Shown in pieces: positions 10,928 to 24,090 of a stretch of 64,000 nucleotides of DNA. The translations under genes and the position numbers were made by a program. The stretch covers positions 704,659 through 768,658 of the forward strand of contig NC_068995.1 of the NCBI RefSeq assembly GCF_001194135.2, given 5' to 3'. Positions within the stretch are counted from its first letter, which is position 1, and each line of letters opens with the position of its first letter. This stretch comes from Octopus bimaculoides (lineage: Eukaryota). The notes beneath the pieces were generated by a model that saw only the letters and a program-made list of their open reading frames with translations, did no database searches and was not told where the DNA came from.

Positions 10928-12229
10928 TCCCAGAACAAAAAGAAAAACTGGTTCAATAATTTTTCTCTGAGACATCGGACTTTTCCACACCTCACAGCAA
11001 GTTCACTGCACTCTTTCTGCCGATTTAACTAAATCTTACAAATCTTGCTGACGCAGGCCAACACCAGTTTCATTGGCGTCGATTTGGAGCGCGCGTGTAT
11101 GTAATATATATATACACGTTTATGTAATGATGGAACTAAGTTCCCTGCACGCAAACTAGCGGGATGGTCAGAGCTGCAATGGCTTTGCTCATCGCTCTGC
11201 TCGCTAATTGCTTACCAATTAGTCAATTACTGTGAACAACAGCAAACATCAACAACTTGTTCAGTTATTTTATTTCCTCTAATCGTATTGCTTGTTGTTG
11301 CAGAAGCAACAGACCTCAACTTAAACAGCTAATTTATGCTTCTCGCCTCAAAATGTCTTTGGGAAACCTGAGACCAAAGTACACCAAAAAGCTTTCGCCT
11401 CATGCGTCTAATCTCCGAATCGAAGCATTCAAAAACTCGTCACACACACACACACACACACCGGATCGATTGCTTTGTTGTAATCATTGCAGTTCTCTGC
11501 TCTCTCATTTCAAATTCCAGTTCGCTCATTTTTGTCTCTCGTTGTTTATGGGTTGATAAATAGAAATCTATTTGGGTTGTTTCTCCCTCTTCAGACGAGA
11601 ATCGACTCCACTTGAAGATTAGCACGTATAATGTATCATACATATTTAGTTTTACACCTCTCTTTCTCTCTCTCACGCCTATCATACTTTCACTTTTTCT
11701 CGTTACGCTCTCATTTTTCAGTTTCTCTCTCTGTCCAGCTATTGATCGATCGATCTTTTTGATTATTTATCTTTCTACCTATCTATATAATTATATTCTT
11801 TGTACGCAGCTATTAATTTTTCTGTCCATGTCACCCAATGCAGTCAACTGACATTAATTATAACAACATATTCCTTCAACATCCCGCAGAATCTTTAAAA
11901 GTAAGACATTGCCGAGAGGTGGCGTTACTGAACTGTCGTGTTCGTATGTATTTATGACTATGTGTGTAGATGCATCCGTCAACGCATGTGAGTACGTATA
12001 TGCGTCCATATATGTATAAGTTTGTGGATAAATCTGGGTGCGTGTGTGTGTTTGAACGCGTAAGTCGACGAATATTTGCTTGTATGTAGGTGTGTACGTA
12101 TCTGTTCTGATTCAATCTAAGGCTGTATGTGTGGGAGTGCATGCGTGTATATTATATTATATATATATATAGTCACATGTATATGAATTTCTTTCTCTAG
12201 GTGAGCAATACCTAAAAATACAATCAGTA

Positions 12230-12448
12230 GAGGGTGGCCCAAAAGTAGGTTCACTGTTATCACGTACGCACTTGAAATTTCTTGTAAAAAATTTAAATCT
12301 CACAAACTGAAAAAGGAGCTTGACAAAATTAACTAAATTAGCATAAAATAATGGTTTTATATTTGTTTTTATAATTGAGATCTAAACTTAATATATGAAT
12401 GCGAAAGAGAAAGTTGAATAACTGTAAACCTACTTTTGGGCCACCCTG
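12230..12448. mobile_element. Tc1/mariner-type MITE, about 220 bp
   Basis: Terminal inverted repeats gagggtggcccaaaagtaggtt and aacctacttttgggccaccctg, flanked by TA on both sides. Confidence 0.8.
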
Positions 12449-12674
12449 TACTTTCCATAAAATCAATATCAATACAGTTGATGGCATAAACTCACCCCCA
12501 CCCTATCGATCACTAAATAACAAAAATAAAAGAAAATGCAATAAAGCTCATCTCAACGAAACAAACGCTACATCGGAGACACGTCTAACATGGAACGGTT
12601 TTTAACGGAACGTAAAGTATGCTTGTCTTGTGTTTACTGTTAGCATGTTATACTACGTACATATGAAACATATA

Positions 12675-12707
<33 letters not shown>

Positions 12708-13459
12708 GTTGTTCTGTTCAGCATGGTTGAAGGAGTTTTTGGTTGTCAACTGACAAATATTGTTTTTACAGGAATTATGATCAAAACCAAATTCTCCGTT
12801 GCTAACGCTTTATTCTTACGTTTATTTGCCACCTCTCAAGTGTTTGTTTGTATGTGCGAGTGTGTGTACCTGTATACATGTTTGTGTATGTATATAATGT
12901 ATGCATATACATATATATTCATATATATCTATCTATACACACACATATATGTGTGTGTATATATATATATACATATACACGCCTGTGGTTGTTTATATAT
13001 GATTTATGTGTTGTTCGTTATGTTACGTTTGTTATGAAATAATATCTTAATTATGTTATGACAAAGTTCTGTTATTTAACATGTTATGTTTATGGTATGT
13101 ATATACTACTTTGCATTATCGTGCGCATAAATTTAGATATACATAACACGCTGCATTGTTTGTTGCAAATTCTATACAAAACAAAGGATTATCGATAATC
13201 TTTCATGTCTGTCTGTCTGTCTCTCTATTTTCCCTTTATTTCGCTGTCTCGTTATTTATTGTCACTTCTTTATTTTTGTGGCTTTTATTGTATATTATTA
13301 TCATTTCTATTATTGTTGTTGCTATTACTATTATTCTAATTATTATTATCAGAAGCGATTTTATTTTTAGTATTATATCATTTATTGTTATTACTATTTT
13401 TATCATTTATTTTTGAGGTTGTTGCTATCATTATTATTACTATTATTATTATCATTTCA

Positions 13460-13560
13460 AGTTCTCACAAGTGTTTCATGAAGAAGGTGAGAATAGAGAG
13501 GGAGATGCTGCCTTGTAGTGCGTTTATTGAAAGGTGAATGAGAGTGGCAAGACTGGATGT
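13460..13560 (+). mobile_element. L1/Tx1-like LINE 3' end fragment
   Basis: Translates as KKVRIEREMLPCSAFIER*MRVARL, resembling the end of Tx1-type ORF2 (recognised from memory). Confidence 0.45.
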
Positions 13561-13639
13561 CCCCCACCCCTGTGAGTATTTAATTCTAAGTAGGAGAAAA
13601 CTAGAAGAGGGTTCTTTCGACACGTTGGAGGCGGCAGAG

Positions 13640-13890
13640 TTATCGGCTCATTTCAGTATCAGCATCCTTGGACTTAGATTCTTCACCAACTTCTGGATGT
13701 TTATTTGATTAGAAGAAATCGAAATATGTATCAGAGTTCAGATATTTTCGGTCAATTCCTTGATAATTATGTCTGAATGGTTCACTTAGATTTCCTTGTC
13801 AGTCTGGACAGCCAAGCCCCAGGTGATTGTAGACATATCGTTGTCAGGGACATCTTTCAGTATATAACTGTAATTCTCATCTGTTAACAA
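13640..13890 (-). mobile_element. R4/Dong-like LINE fragment (restriction-like endonuclease region)
   Basis: The minus strand reads STITWGLAVQTDKEI*VNHSDIIIKE, a decayed match to the WDxxVQTDxxIxxNRPDII motif. Confidence 0.55.
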
Positions 13891-14493
13891 ACTGAACTGT
13901 CGCCATATTGCCCAGTCGACTTAGCCGTTGATTCGATCTTCTCTATGAATATATTTATTCTTAGAAGGAACGGTCAGTTGTCCTTTTGCACAGATTGAAT
14001 CGTCTGCACTTGATGTTAAAATTTGATTGTGACGGTGGTATATTGGCAGAATCGTGAGAACGCCAGAAAAAGAATGCCTTGTAGAATTTCTTCAAGCTCT
14101 TCACAATCTGAGTTCAAATCTTGCAGTGATCAAGTTCGCTTTTCATACTTCCAGCACCGATAAAATAAAATACCAGTAAAATACGAGGGTCCATAGTATC
14201 GACTAATTCCTCTTTGTTGTTGTAGTTAGTTACCAGTTTGTGTGTTAATGCGTTCATATTTAGAAAACATTCGTTTATGACATAAACGGGTTTCGTTTGT
14301 TTTAAAGTATTTTTTTAGTCCTGCTTTTATTGGTTTGTAGTTTATTTTATTTATCCCATCATGCACATCCATTGTGGGCAAGATATGTATTATCTATCTA
14401 TATCAGCTTTGGGTTAGTGGCTTTTTACTTAGGAGAATAAGGAATAGTTTATCTATAATAGAAAGATACGTGTTACGTGTATATGTGTGTCTG

Positions 14494-14535
<42 letters not shown>

Positions 14536-14998
14536 GGTCATACACGTTTGTGCGTAAGTGAGTGTGTGGATGTACATGTAAGTTATAAGCAGATGTATCG
14601 TCTCATGGTACGTTCATACTAGAACAATGTTGGTGGCGGGGTTTATTCTATATCACATGGCAAATATGCTGCAATAGGAATTAAGATAAACGAGTGCGAA
14701 GATAATTAGAAGACAAGATCAACACGGAGCCAGCAGCAGGTAACGAGAACGACCTCACCGGTTCTTACTTATATAGGCACACAAGTGTTACGCGATGGGG
14801 GGTGGGGGGGACAGAAATTTTCCCGATACGTGGGGAGTATTACAAACACAAACACACATCGTTGTTAGTGAAGAACATGAGTCAAACGTCCTTGGCACGT
14901 AAACACGGAAGTTCTTAAACGACCTTCAGAGAAAGTCATTTCTAATATGAGAGAGATAAGAGAGGTTTAGCTAAGCGTTGTATGCGCGTGTGCATGCA

Positions 14999-15032
<34 letters not shown>

Positions 15033-15049
15033 ATTTAAGAAATTTATCT

Positions 15050-15225
15050 TACTCTTTTGCTCGTTTCAAACACTGAACGGCGGCCATGCTGGAGCACCGT
15101 CTTGAAATGTTGAGTCATCCAAATTGACTCCTGTTCTTGCTTTAAGTCTCGTACTAATCTCATTGAGCTCTTTTTGTCGAACCCTCAAGTCACAGGGACA
15201 TAAGAATCAGTGCCAGTTTTCAAGC
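15050..15225 (-). mobile_element. Partial SINE (3' part)
   Basis: gcggccatgctggagcaccg and tttgtcgaaccctcaagtcacaggga are shared with the copy at 10410. Confidence 0.6.
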
Positions 15226-15239
15226 GATGAAAGACAAGC

Positions 15240-15455
15240 GCGCGCGCACACACACATACATACACATATACAAATATATACATATGCATACATATATATA
15301 TACATATGCATACATATATATATACATATGCATACATATATATATACATATGCATACATATATATATACATATGCATACATATATATATACATATGCATA
15401 CATATATACATGCATATATATATATACATATGCATACATATATACATGCATATAT
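15240..15455. repeat. Compound (TA)/(CATA)/(TGCA) microsatellite
   Basis: Directly visible low-complexity tandem array. Confidence 0.9.
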
Positions 15456-15458
15456 ATC

Positions 15459-15848
15459 ATTTATTTCTCAAACGCGTGATAATGCTATAAATAGCGTGAT
15501 CAAGATGAATAATCCATATATTGCAGAAAAATACGTTACTGGCCAGCCATGAGACTCACATCTGTGATTACGCGTCAAGTGTTTTACCATTAAACTAAAC
15601 TGCTTGTTTACTTTCATCGTAAAGTTGAATTTAACGTTAGCGTCTTATGAAGCTAAATTTATAAGTTCTAAAATTGCAGAAGAATTCGTTGCTGGGCAGT
15701 TTAGTTTAATTGTAAAACACTTGACGCGTAATCACAGAGATGTGAGTTCGAGTCTCATGGCTGGGCAGTAACGTATTTTTCTGCAATATATGAATAATTT
15801 ATCCTGATCACGCTATTTATAGCATTATCACGTGTTTGAGAAATAAAT
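15459..15848. repeat. Long inverted repeat (arms of about 145-150 bp, spacer of about 92 bp) with tRNA-like inner arms; MITE or foldback element
   Basis: 15459-15603 is the near-perfect reverse complement of 15696-15848. Confidence 0.9.
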
Positions 15849-15893
15849 CTATTTCTGTATCTTATATATATATATGTGTGTGTGTGTGTATCT

Positions 15894-15932
<39 letters not shown>

Positions 15933-16572
15933 TTATGTTTGCATTTGTCCCGTCACCGTAACTTAACAGTGCGACAATAGAGATCGATAGAATAATTACC
16001 AGTCTTTAAAAAGTAAGTTCGTCTAAAACCCCTCAATATGGTGCCGCAGTCCAATGGTTGAAACAAGTAAAAGATAAAGGTAGAAGATATACATACACAC
16101 ATAATCTTGTATTTGTTATTGTGAACTTATGAACATTCTAGAAATAAAGCAATGACGTCTCTTTTGTCGCTTGTGCTGGGAGATTTGTAACGTGAGTGCA
16201 AGAGGCAAAAGCAGAATGAATGCATAGAGCATTGTACTCCAATTATATTCATTCACTTCTATGCTTACATAAACATTTAGAAATCAAAATTCAATATCAT
16301 TTTAATGATTAGAATTTTCTTTGTCTTTATAGTTAAATTTACATTATTTTTATGCTTACATTTTTTATGTCCCGTGTGAAGCAAACCTTTTTTTTTTTTT
16401 CACTGGAAAAAAGTGTTTTGCAGTGTGTTGTGATGTTGAAAGTCATTAGCTATTTTATCTTCTCTTGCCTTACATCATACGCACTAAATCAGCAAGCAAA
16501 GTAACCAAAGAAGGAAAGACAATGATAATAATAATAATGATGATAATAACAAATTTCTTTTGCTTGCTACAG

Positions 16573-16632
16573 GAGAATCGGATAAACGGGATATTATGAC
16601 AAACGGGGTGGGGGAATCTTTCAGAAAATCGT
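16573..16632 (+). CDS. Candidate 60-nt cassette exon, or start of an alternative terminal exon, in the filamin intron; GESDKRDIMTNGVGESFRKS
   Basis: Strong acceptor tttcttttgcttgctacag|; open in phase 1; weak donor cgt|gtgagg. If that donor is not used, the frame stops at 16769. Confidence 0.3.
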
Positions 16633-17742
16633 GTGAGGATAGTGAAAGGAAAAACATATACAAAGTGTCCAGAATTTATAAATACATAAATGATAGAATC
16701 ATTCTGACACAGGATAATTGCCACCAGGCTACTCTCATAGATCTTCTTTGTAAATCAATGTTATTTTAACCTCTCCCAAAAGATATCTCTTTTAATCGAT
16801 ACTACAGCCGTAGATGATAAAAATATATTACTGAAAATGTTTGAGAAATTAAGAAAATTATATTTGCTCAACTTCTCAAAGACTTAGTGATAGAAATGAG
16901 AAGAATGCAGCATCTCAAAGCAACAACATCACCTATTGTAATCGAGGCACTTGGAATAATATCAAAAAGAGCAAATAGATATGTGGACCAAACTCCTGGT
17001 AGCCCAAAATATTCAGGGGGGGGGGGGTCTTCACATATTTTATGTAAATTCCATTCCATGTAATTACAACCTTATTCAGTTTTATAATAAATTTTAAACG
17101 GGTTTCTTTTTGTGACACACGGACATCAGTTTTTCAATTGCATAGCATCTCAACTGTTTGCATATTTAGAAGCAAAATTGGTTATGCCTAGAAACATCTC
17201 GTAGAGACTTAGATGCAGCTTATATAAATCAAAATAAAGGCATAATAATAACAATAAAGAGACCGAGAGCACTATACTGGCAGTGCAAGACTAAGCTTTG
17301 GCCACGAACTCGAGGGTCAACTTTCGGAATGAGCAAGTATTTGAAAAAAAATAGCATGGTACCGTAGGCTGTAGATAGCAAACCCGCTACGCATTACAAG
17401 ACTCCAGAAGCTCCAACAAAACCTGTGATAAAAAAAAAAGGAATAATAGTAATAATGATTTCGGCCAGCGATTTCAGGGCGGGGAACTATTAGTCGAATA
17501 TATCGATCCCCGTCATTGGGCTAAAATTTAATTCTACCAACCCCGAAAAAATGAAAAGTAAAGTTCAGCTTGGTGGCATTTGAACTCAGAAAACAAAGAG
17601 TCGGAAGAAATACCGCCTGGTATTTTGTCCATCGCATTAATGAATCTGCCAATCTAAACAATAATAAAATAATAATAATAATAATAATTATATGACTAAC
17701 ATTTTTCTTTATTTTTTTCCATCGCCTCCCCGTCGTTAACAG

Positions 17743-17934
17743 GTGCTGGTCATAAACCGTGTCCATTCACTGAAACAAGTACTCTGGTTATTGAAACCGT
17801 TGACAAGAAGATCGGTCATGTGACCACCAAGAAACTCCGTGGTGACGCAACCAAGGTCTTGGCTAAAGGCATCGGACTGAAGAAGGCGTTCAATAACCGT
17901 GCTGTCAGTATTACTTTAGACGTGAAGGATGCCG
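17743..17934 (+). CDS. FLN: Filamin penultimate exon: hinge 2 and start of the last Ig repeat
   Basis: cgttaacag|GT...GCCG|gtaagt, 192 nt, phase 1-1. Encodes GAGHKPCPFTETSTLVIETVDKKIGHVTTKKLRGDATKVLAKGIGLKKAFNNRAVSITLDVKDA, which aligns by eye with vertebrate filamin ETSSVFVDS...DASKVVAKGLGLSKAY...FTVDCSKAG. Confidence 0.95.
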
Positions 17935-17969
17935 GTAAGTTATCGTTTGATTTTGGATTAGTTTTTAAT

Positions 17970-18960
17970 ATCTAACTACTTGACTCTCTGACTACTTGAC
18001 TCCCTGACTCTTTGACTACAAGTATTTTACTATCTGACTATTCACATACATGCACAAAAGCACATACATATTCTTACATACAAAAATATACATACATACA
18101 GATAAACACATATATACATATGCAAAAATATATCAACTTAAACGATTCGGCAGAAAAAAAATTAAAGCAATAACATTCTTTTTGCGGAAATTGCCGAAGA
18201 AATACTTTCAATCTTGATTGACTTTCTCCGAAAGATCTTTATTTGTAAAACTATATCATTATGCCAATGTCTCTCTCAGAATATCACAAATCACAGTTTA
18301 CTGCTTCGCTACCTGTCTCACTAATCTAACTACCTCATTATTTTGTCATTACTTTGCCAGCTGACCATTTATAGTTTGTCTATTTATGCAACTAGCCAAC
18401 CGTGTCTGACAAACTCTTTGACTGACTATCTTTTTATCAAAATGATTATATGTCTAAATATCTAGCTATTCGTCAGATTTAGTATCTTATTGTCTGACTG
18501 TTTTGCTATCTTAATATCTAAATATAATCTGATTATCTAGCTACCCAAGCAGCTCAGTATCTTACCTGAGTGCCTTACCAAATTGATATCTATTTGACTA
18601 TCTTCCCACCTGACTGAATATCTTCCTTCTGGCAAACTCACTATTTTGCTATCGGACTTCTCTTAATATCGAGCAATTTGACTATGTTGTCATCAAACTA
18701 TATAACTGGTTATCTTACAATCGAGCTAATTATTTCACTATCTGACTAAATATCTATCTGACTGTCTTAATTTCTATCTGGCTTCCCAGTTATCTAACTA
18801 ACTGAGTATCTAACTATATAAATGACTTACTATTTAACTATCTAACTACCTAATTATCTCACTCTCTTAGAATGTGAGTATCAATATAACTGATTTTCAA
18901 TTTAATTATCTGACTATCTTCCTCTCTAACTATGAGGTCTATTTGACTATCTACTTATTT
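17970..18960. repeat. Degenerate short-period repeat (tgact/ctatct/taact motifs) filling the last filamin intron
   Basis: For example tctaactacttgactctctgactacttgactccctgactctttgactac, with many tatctgact variants up to about 18950. Confidence 0.5.
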
Positions 18961-18985
18961 AACCATGAATTATTCCATTTTTCAG

Positions 18986-19173
18986 GTCATGGCATGTTGA
19001 ATGTTGGAATGGTCTCAGAGAAGGGCAATCCTCCAGTTGAACTCTCGTATAAAGCCTCAGGTAGAAACGCTTACACTCTGCAATACAAAGTGAACGAAGC
19101 TGGAGATCACACATTAGCCATCAACTGGGGAGACGAGCCAATCCCTGGAAGTCCTTTCAGCATACACTGTTAA
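18986..19173 (+). CDS. FLN: Filamin last coding exon: C-terminal Ig/dimerisation repeat and stop
   Basis: ccatttttcag|GT CAT...TGT TAA. Encodes GHGMLNVGMVSEKGNPPVELSYKASGRNAYTLQYKVNEAGDHTLAINWGDEPIPGSPFSIHC*, with the filamin signature WGDExIPGSPF; in phase with the previous exon. Confidence 0.95.
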
Positions 19174-19539
19174 TTCTGTAACTTTAACGAACTCATTTCT
19201 TATTGAAATTTTTTATCTATTTATCTATCTATTTATTTATTTATTTCATTCTTAATATGTTTTATTTTTTTAAATACTTAAATTTTTTTTGTTAATGGCC
19301 TGAACTTAAACGGAAAGCAATTCATAAAATATGAGCAAAACGACTTAAAAGAAAATCAAAATTTTAAAAATAAAAAAAACTTTAAAAAGATAACAAATGA
19401 ACATATGACAAAAAAATGAAAAAAAAAGACGAAAAATAAATATGACAAACAACAAATAAGAAAAATGGATTCACAAACCCTTTTTTTTTTTGCTTTTATC
19501 TGCCTTAAATTATAAATAAAAACATAGAAAAAATATTTT

Positions 19540-19677
19540 TTAATGAAAACGATGATGAGAACAATGATTAAATTAACAATAATAATTCATAATAATAATG
19601 GTTATGATAATGATAATAATATTAATGATAATAATTAATAATAGGTAATAACATTCATAATAATGATAATAATAATG

Positions 19678-19710
<33 letters not shown>

Positions 19711-20120
19711 GCATTGTTAATTCAATAAATAAATAAATACATACATAAATGTTGAAATCTATCAATTTGCAATGTTTGATGAACTCAATCAATAAAACTT
19801 CCTCTGCGAAAAAAAAAAATAAAAACAAACAAAATCTTTGATGAAATAATTTCATTTCTGAAATAACGAAAATTGACAAATATTAATACTAAAATCGTAA
19901 TACTCTTAATATGATGCTAATAATAATTACATTAATTAATGATAATAATAATAGTAATAATATTAATAACATAATAATAATAGTAATAATATTAATAACA
20001 TGATAATAATAATGGTAATAATATTAATAATAACATAATAATAATGGTAATAATATTAATAATAACATAATAATAATGGTAATAATATTAATAATAACAT
20101 AATAATAATAACTCCATAAT
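19540..20120. repeat. (AAT)n-rich low-complexity tract between the convergent genes
   Basis: Directly visible. Confidence 0.9.
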
Positions 20121-20398
20121 CATAATAATAATCGTCTCTGTATTATTATTATTGCCACTAGGGGGATGGATGGACGGGTAGGGCGCTAATAATAACATTA
20201 TCGGTTTCTTTTATGCACCACAAAGCTGATGAATGAACGAACATTGCCATGACAAGTTACAAAGAGTATCGTTGGAATCAGAAGAGATAAACAACAAAGA
20301 GAATATAAGATTCTATAAAATCTCATAACGAAGAGATTACAGCCAATCCTTTGCCAGCTTTAATTCCATGGGCTCTACATCTGCGTGTTAAGTTTTGG

Positions 20399-20473
20399 CT
20401 AATACACACTGGCCATGTCCATCAGTTCTTTCAACAGAGCAGCACCTTCCTCTCCTATTTCATCTTCTGTCAC
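20399..20473 (-). CDS. Terminal coding exon of an unidentified minus-strand gene: VTEDEIGEEGAALLKELMDMASVY*
   Basis: Minus strand ctctctataatgctttcag|GTG ACA GAA...TAT TAG; coding-like composition; its phase-0 start matches the phase-0 end of exon 24921-25015. Confidence 0.7.
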   Translation of the reverse strand: MTEDEIGEEGAALLKELMDMASVY

Positions 20474-20499
20474 CTGAAAGCATTATAGAGAGGAAAGTG

Positions 20500-21000
20500 T
20501 CAGTCTTCATCGGGTTTTTTAGTTGCGTGCACCACACAATTTCCTGCTCTCCCCAGTGAAACGATGTCCACGACGAATTTGATCGACAGCCGAATCCATC
20601 ATATACGCGCCAACAGCACTTCATCAAAATCTACAAAACAGTATATAACGGTTTCGATTTTCTCCGCTAATCTCGGACAGGCCTGACTCACAATACCTTT
20701 GTGCATGTGCAGTTTATTTCTAACCGGCAATAACCCCACTTTCCACGGTAACAATATGAAGTCGGGGATATCTGGAGGTTGTCTATAAACTTCGGGATGA
20801 TAATTCTCTGCAACACACTTGCCATTTAATTCTCGTCGATGCCCAGAAGCCCCCTGAGAAAATCTTTCGTCTTATTCGCTACTACACTTGTATAGCATTT
20901 TAGTATGCGAGTTTCCCTGGCCACGCTCTCTACATATCAGGCGCCTAGTCTTAGCTTGTCCCAGTTCCGTCAAACGACTGGGCTGTAGAAAATGGCACCT
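20500..21000 (-). mobile_element. L1/Tx1-like LINE ORF2 C-terminal (zinc-finger) fragment
   Basis: The minus strand reads LPVRNKLHMHKGIVSQACPRLAEKIETVIYCFVDF, a decayed LPVxxxL...CPRC...ETxxHxF motif. Confidence 0.55.
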
Positions 21001-21980
21001 CTAAAAGGGTGACCACACTTGGAGATATCTGTAGATTTTGTAGCTTTTGCTTATATCTGTGCATCATCTACCATATTATACTGAACACTCCACGCAAAAG
21101 GTGTTGGTAACATATGGACACATGTTCTTTTCAACAGGAATCAGTGAAAAGATCTCCAGATGAAAACAGTCAAGTTAACGTATTCATTCGGCACCAAGAC
21201 ATGACTTTTCAGGGAGAGCGTTCCTCTTAGAGATAGCTTCTTGGTGAGAGTGGCCACCTTTATCATAACATTGTCTCAGTACCGATCCATCCTCAGTTCT
21301 GAACCAACCCAACTAAAATAATAACAGCAACAACAAAGATATACATCATAATAATAATAATCCTTTAATAATACGAGGTCATAATATTCTTCCTTGTGAG
21401 ACCTCTGACAGCAGGCTGCTATCTGCTCTCGCAGAATCTACCAGAATAAACAAGACCGAACGTTCTGAGAAATAAAATAATAATAATAACCACAACAACA
21501 ACATTAATAACAAAAAATAATGATATTAACAATATCGCCAACGTTAATAACGTCGACAACAATAATAACAATATTAACAAATCAACAAAATTCTCAACTA
21601 TATTAACAAAAGTTAATATCGATCATAACGATGTTGATTGATGAGATGCCGTTCATGAATTTTATAATTATGATAACAACACCAGCAACCAATAACAATA
21701 ATGATTTCTTTAACAACAATAATAATAAATAATTGTTTGTTAATGAAAATAACAGTAACACGAGTGGCAAGATCAACAGTTTGACATAACATTCAAGTTG
21801 ATATTGATTTCTATAGAAAATCGATTTATTACAATTTATTGATTAAATCTATTTCGTGGTTTAAAATTAATCCTCACAAACATTCGGTTAATCAATCCGA
21901 ATATTCTTTAAATCCAGTTATTTGTGTACCTGTGCATATATATTATATATATATGTACATAAGTATATATACATACAGGC

Positions 21981-22028
<48 letters not shown>

Positions 22029-24047
22029 TATGTATATGAGAATTGATACAGTAGCTATATTATCACAATTCCAATAAATTATAATTTTCGCATTAAACCC
22101 AAAAATTAATCTATTAATTCAAATATGATTTATTTTAATTAATAATAATTGCTCACATCTTTTCGGACTTTTTTTTTGTGTTTGTCGTGTTGCTTTATTT
22201 TCTATTTTGTTTTTATTTTAATCATGACAATTAGCAAGTTTAATGCAATGTTCCCTTGGAAAGACACCTTTTGTGAATATTAGTTCCAACCAAACACCAA
22301 ATCGCCAACAGAAACTGGTTTGACAAAGTATTTTGTTCAAAGAATGTGGAACAGTGATAAGAAAAGGTGAACCTGGGAATAGACGGAATGCTAAAAACTG
22401 ATTATGTATATATATGTATATATATACATACATACATAGAGAGAGAGAGAAAGCCAAACGATAGAGATAACTATATATATTGGTTTCAAATTTTTGCACA
22501 CGATCAGCAATTTTGGGGGTGGGGCTAAGTTGATTGCACCAACCCCAATGTTCAAATTTTATGGACCTCTAAATGATAGAAGGCAAAGTCTACCTCGGCG
22601 GAATTTGAACTCAGAACATAAAAACGGAGTAAATGACGCTCTGCAATTTGCCCGACGTGCTCATCGCCTTCGATGTACATCCTTGCATACACACTGGAAT
22701 GCAGATCAATATTTGTAGCAATCAAAGAATGAAGAATTATATTCTTGAATAACTTTATTTACGAAAATTTCGAATGACCTGAAGAACTGTTTTCACCCTA
22801 TGCAATAGTTTCTATGCAGAATCGACCACAATCAATTGATAAATGGAACAATTAGCCCCCAACTATTCTCTTAAAAGGCATGATGGTAGATTTTTCAGAA
22901 CCTTCTACAATCAATTTTTGTGGGAATGAAACTCCAGCTAACAGAGATGTATCAGATTATCTTCCCTTATTTTTTTTTTTTTTATTTACTTGTCACATTC
23001 TCAGTCGTTGGAGGTCAAGTTGTCATCAAGTGTTGGAGTATGTTAGTTTGTGTGAATATAGCTTACGGAAGATTACTACTAGCTAACAACATTATTTGCG
23101 GGTTAGTCTGCGGTAGGAATGGATTTGAAGTAACTAGATGAGGGGGCGAGGAATTGTCAACAGAGTACATAGCAACAGCATGTAGATTTTACAAGATACT
23201 TTTCTGCTTCTCCATTCCTTTCGAGAAATATCAAATTTATTACATTTAAACTGAACCAAAATGAAATTAAACAGAATTAAACTGAATTACGCCAAGTGTC
23301 AATAGTGAAGGATTAGATTTAAAAGAATCGGATAGGGAAAATGTGTTTGCCAAAAAAGTGCTTACCATAGAAGGTAAAGCAAGGAGGCAAAGTAAAACAT
23401 AGGCATTACTTATATTTATACCCAAGTAAAAGGTTATGTGAGATTTTTGTGTGGAAATTTCAAGCATATATCGTTAAATAGTCGAGAACATCGATTTAAT
23501 AACTATTTATGTTGGTTAATTAGTTTGGATTTACAATTGACCATTCAAACGCCTTCACCGAGCAAAAATTGCAACTTCCAGCACCCCATCAGTAAGAAAG
23601 AGCAGTACCTAAAATAGAATACGAAATGGAGTTGTCTTTATTCCTATCGTTGAGGCCCAAGATGAACTGGGCCAACGACGTGCAGTTTTTTCATTTGTAT
23701 TTAAAGGAGTGAATGTGGTTATATAACCGGGATTTAACCTTGCCTCCAGTTGGAGACAAAACTATAGGAATGTAAATGAACCTGAACCGAAAACTTATGA
23801 AACGAGATCTTACATTACAAAAGTAACACCAATATTTCAATAATAATAATAATAACTGCTGGAAATTTTGAAATGCATGTCATAACCCACAATAAAATGC
23901 TTTGTTTCTAGTATGATGAAGAAAACAATACTGATATAACCATTAATATAATAATAATAATAATAATATTCAAAGTTGTATACAAAATCTGAAAATCGAT
24001 TAACGTTTTTCCTACTGACAACAGCATGAAGTTTTATGACATTATAG

Positions 24048-24090
<43 letters not shown>

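Noticed and set aside
11311-11339. Acceptor ttgttgttgcag followed by a short phase-1 frame EATDLNLNS* (possible alternative terminal exon)
   Set aside because: No donor, no homology to the units and no other support; strong acceptors arise by chance in these pyrimidine-rich introns.
13461-13487. Apparent small exon ending gaag|gtgaga
   Set aside because: Weak AAG acceptor, and the sequence is the start of an L1/Tx1-like 3' fragment.
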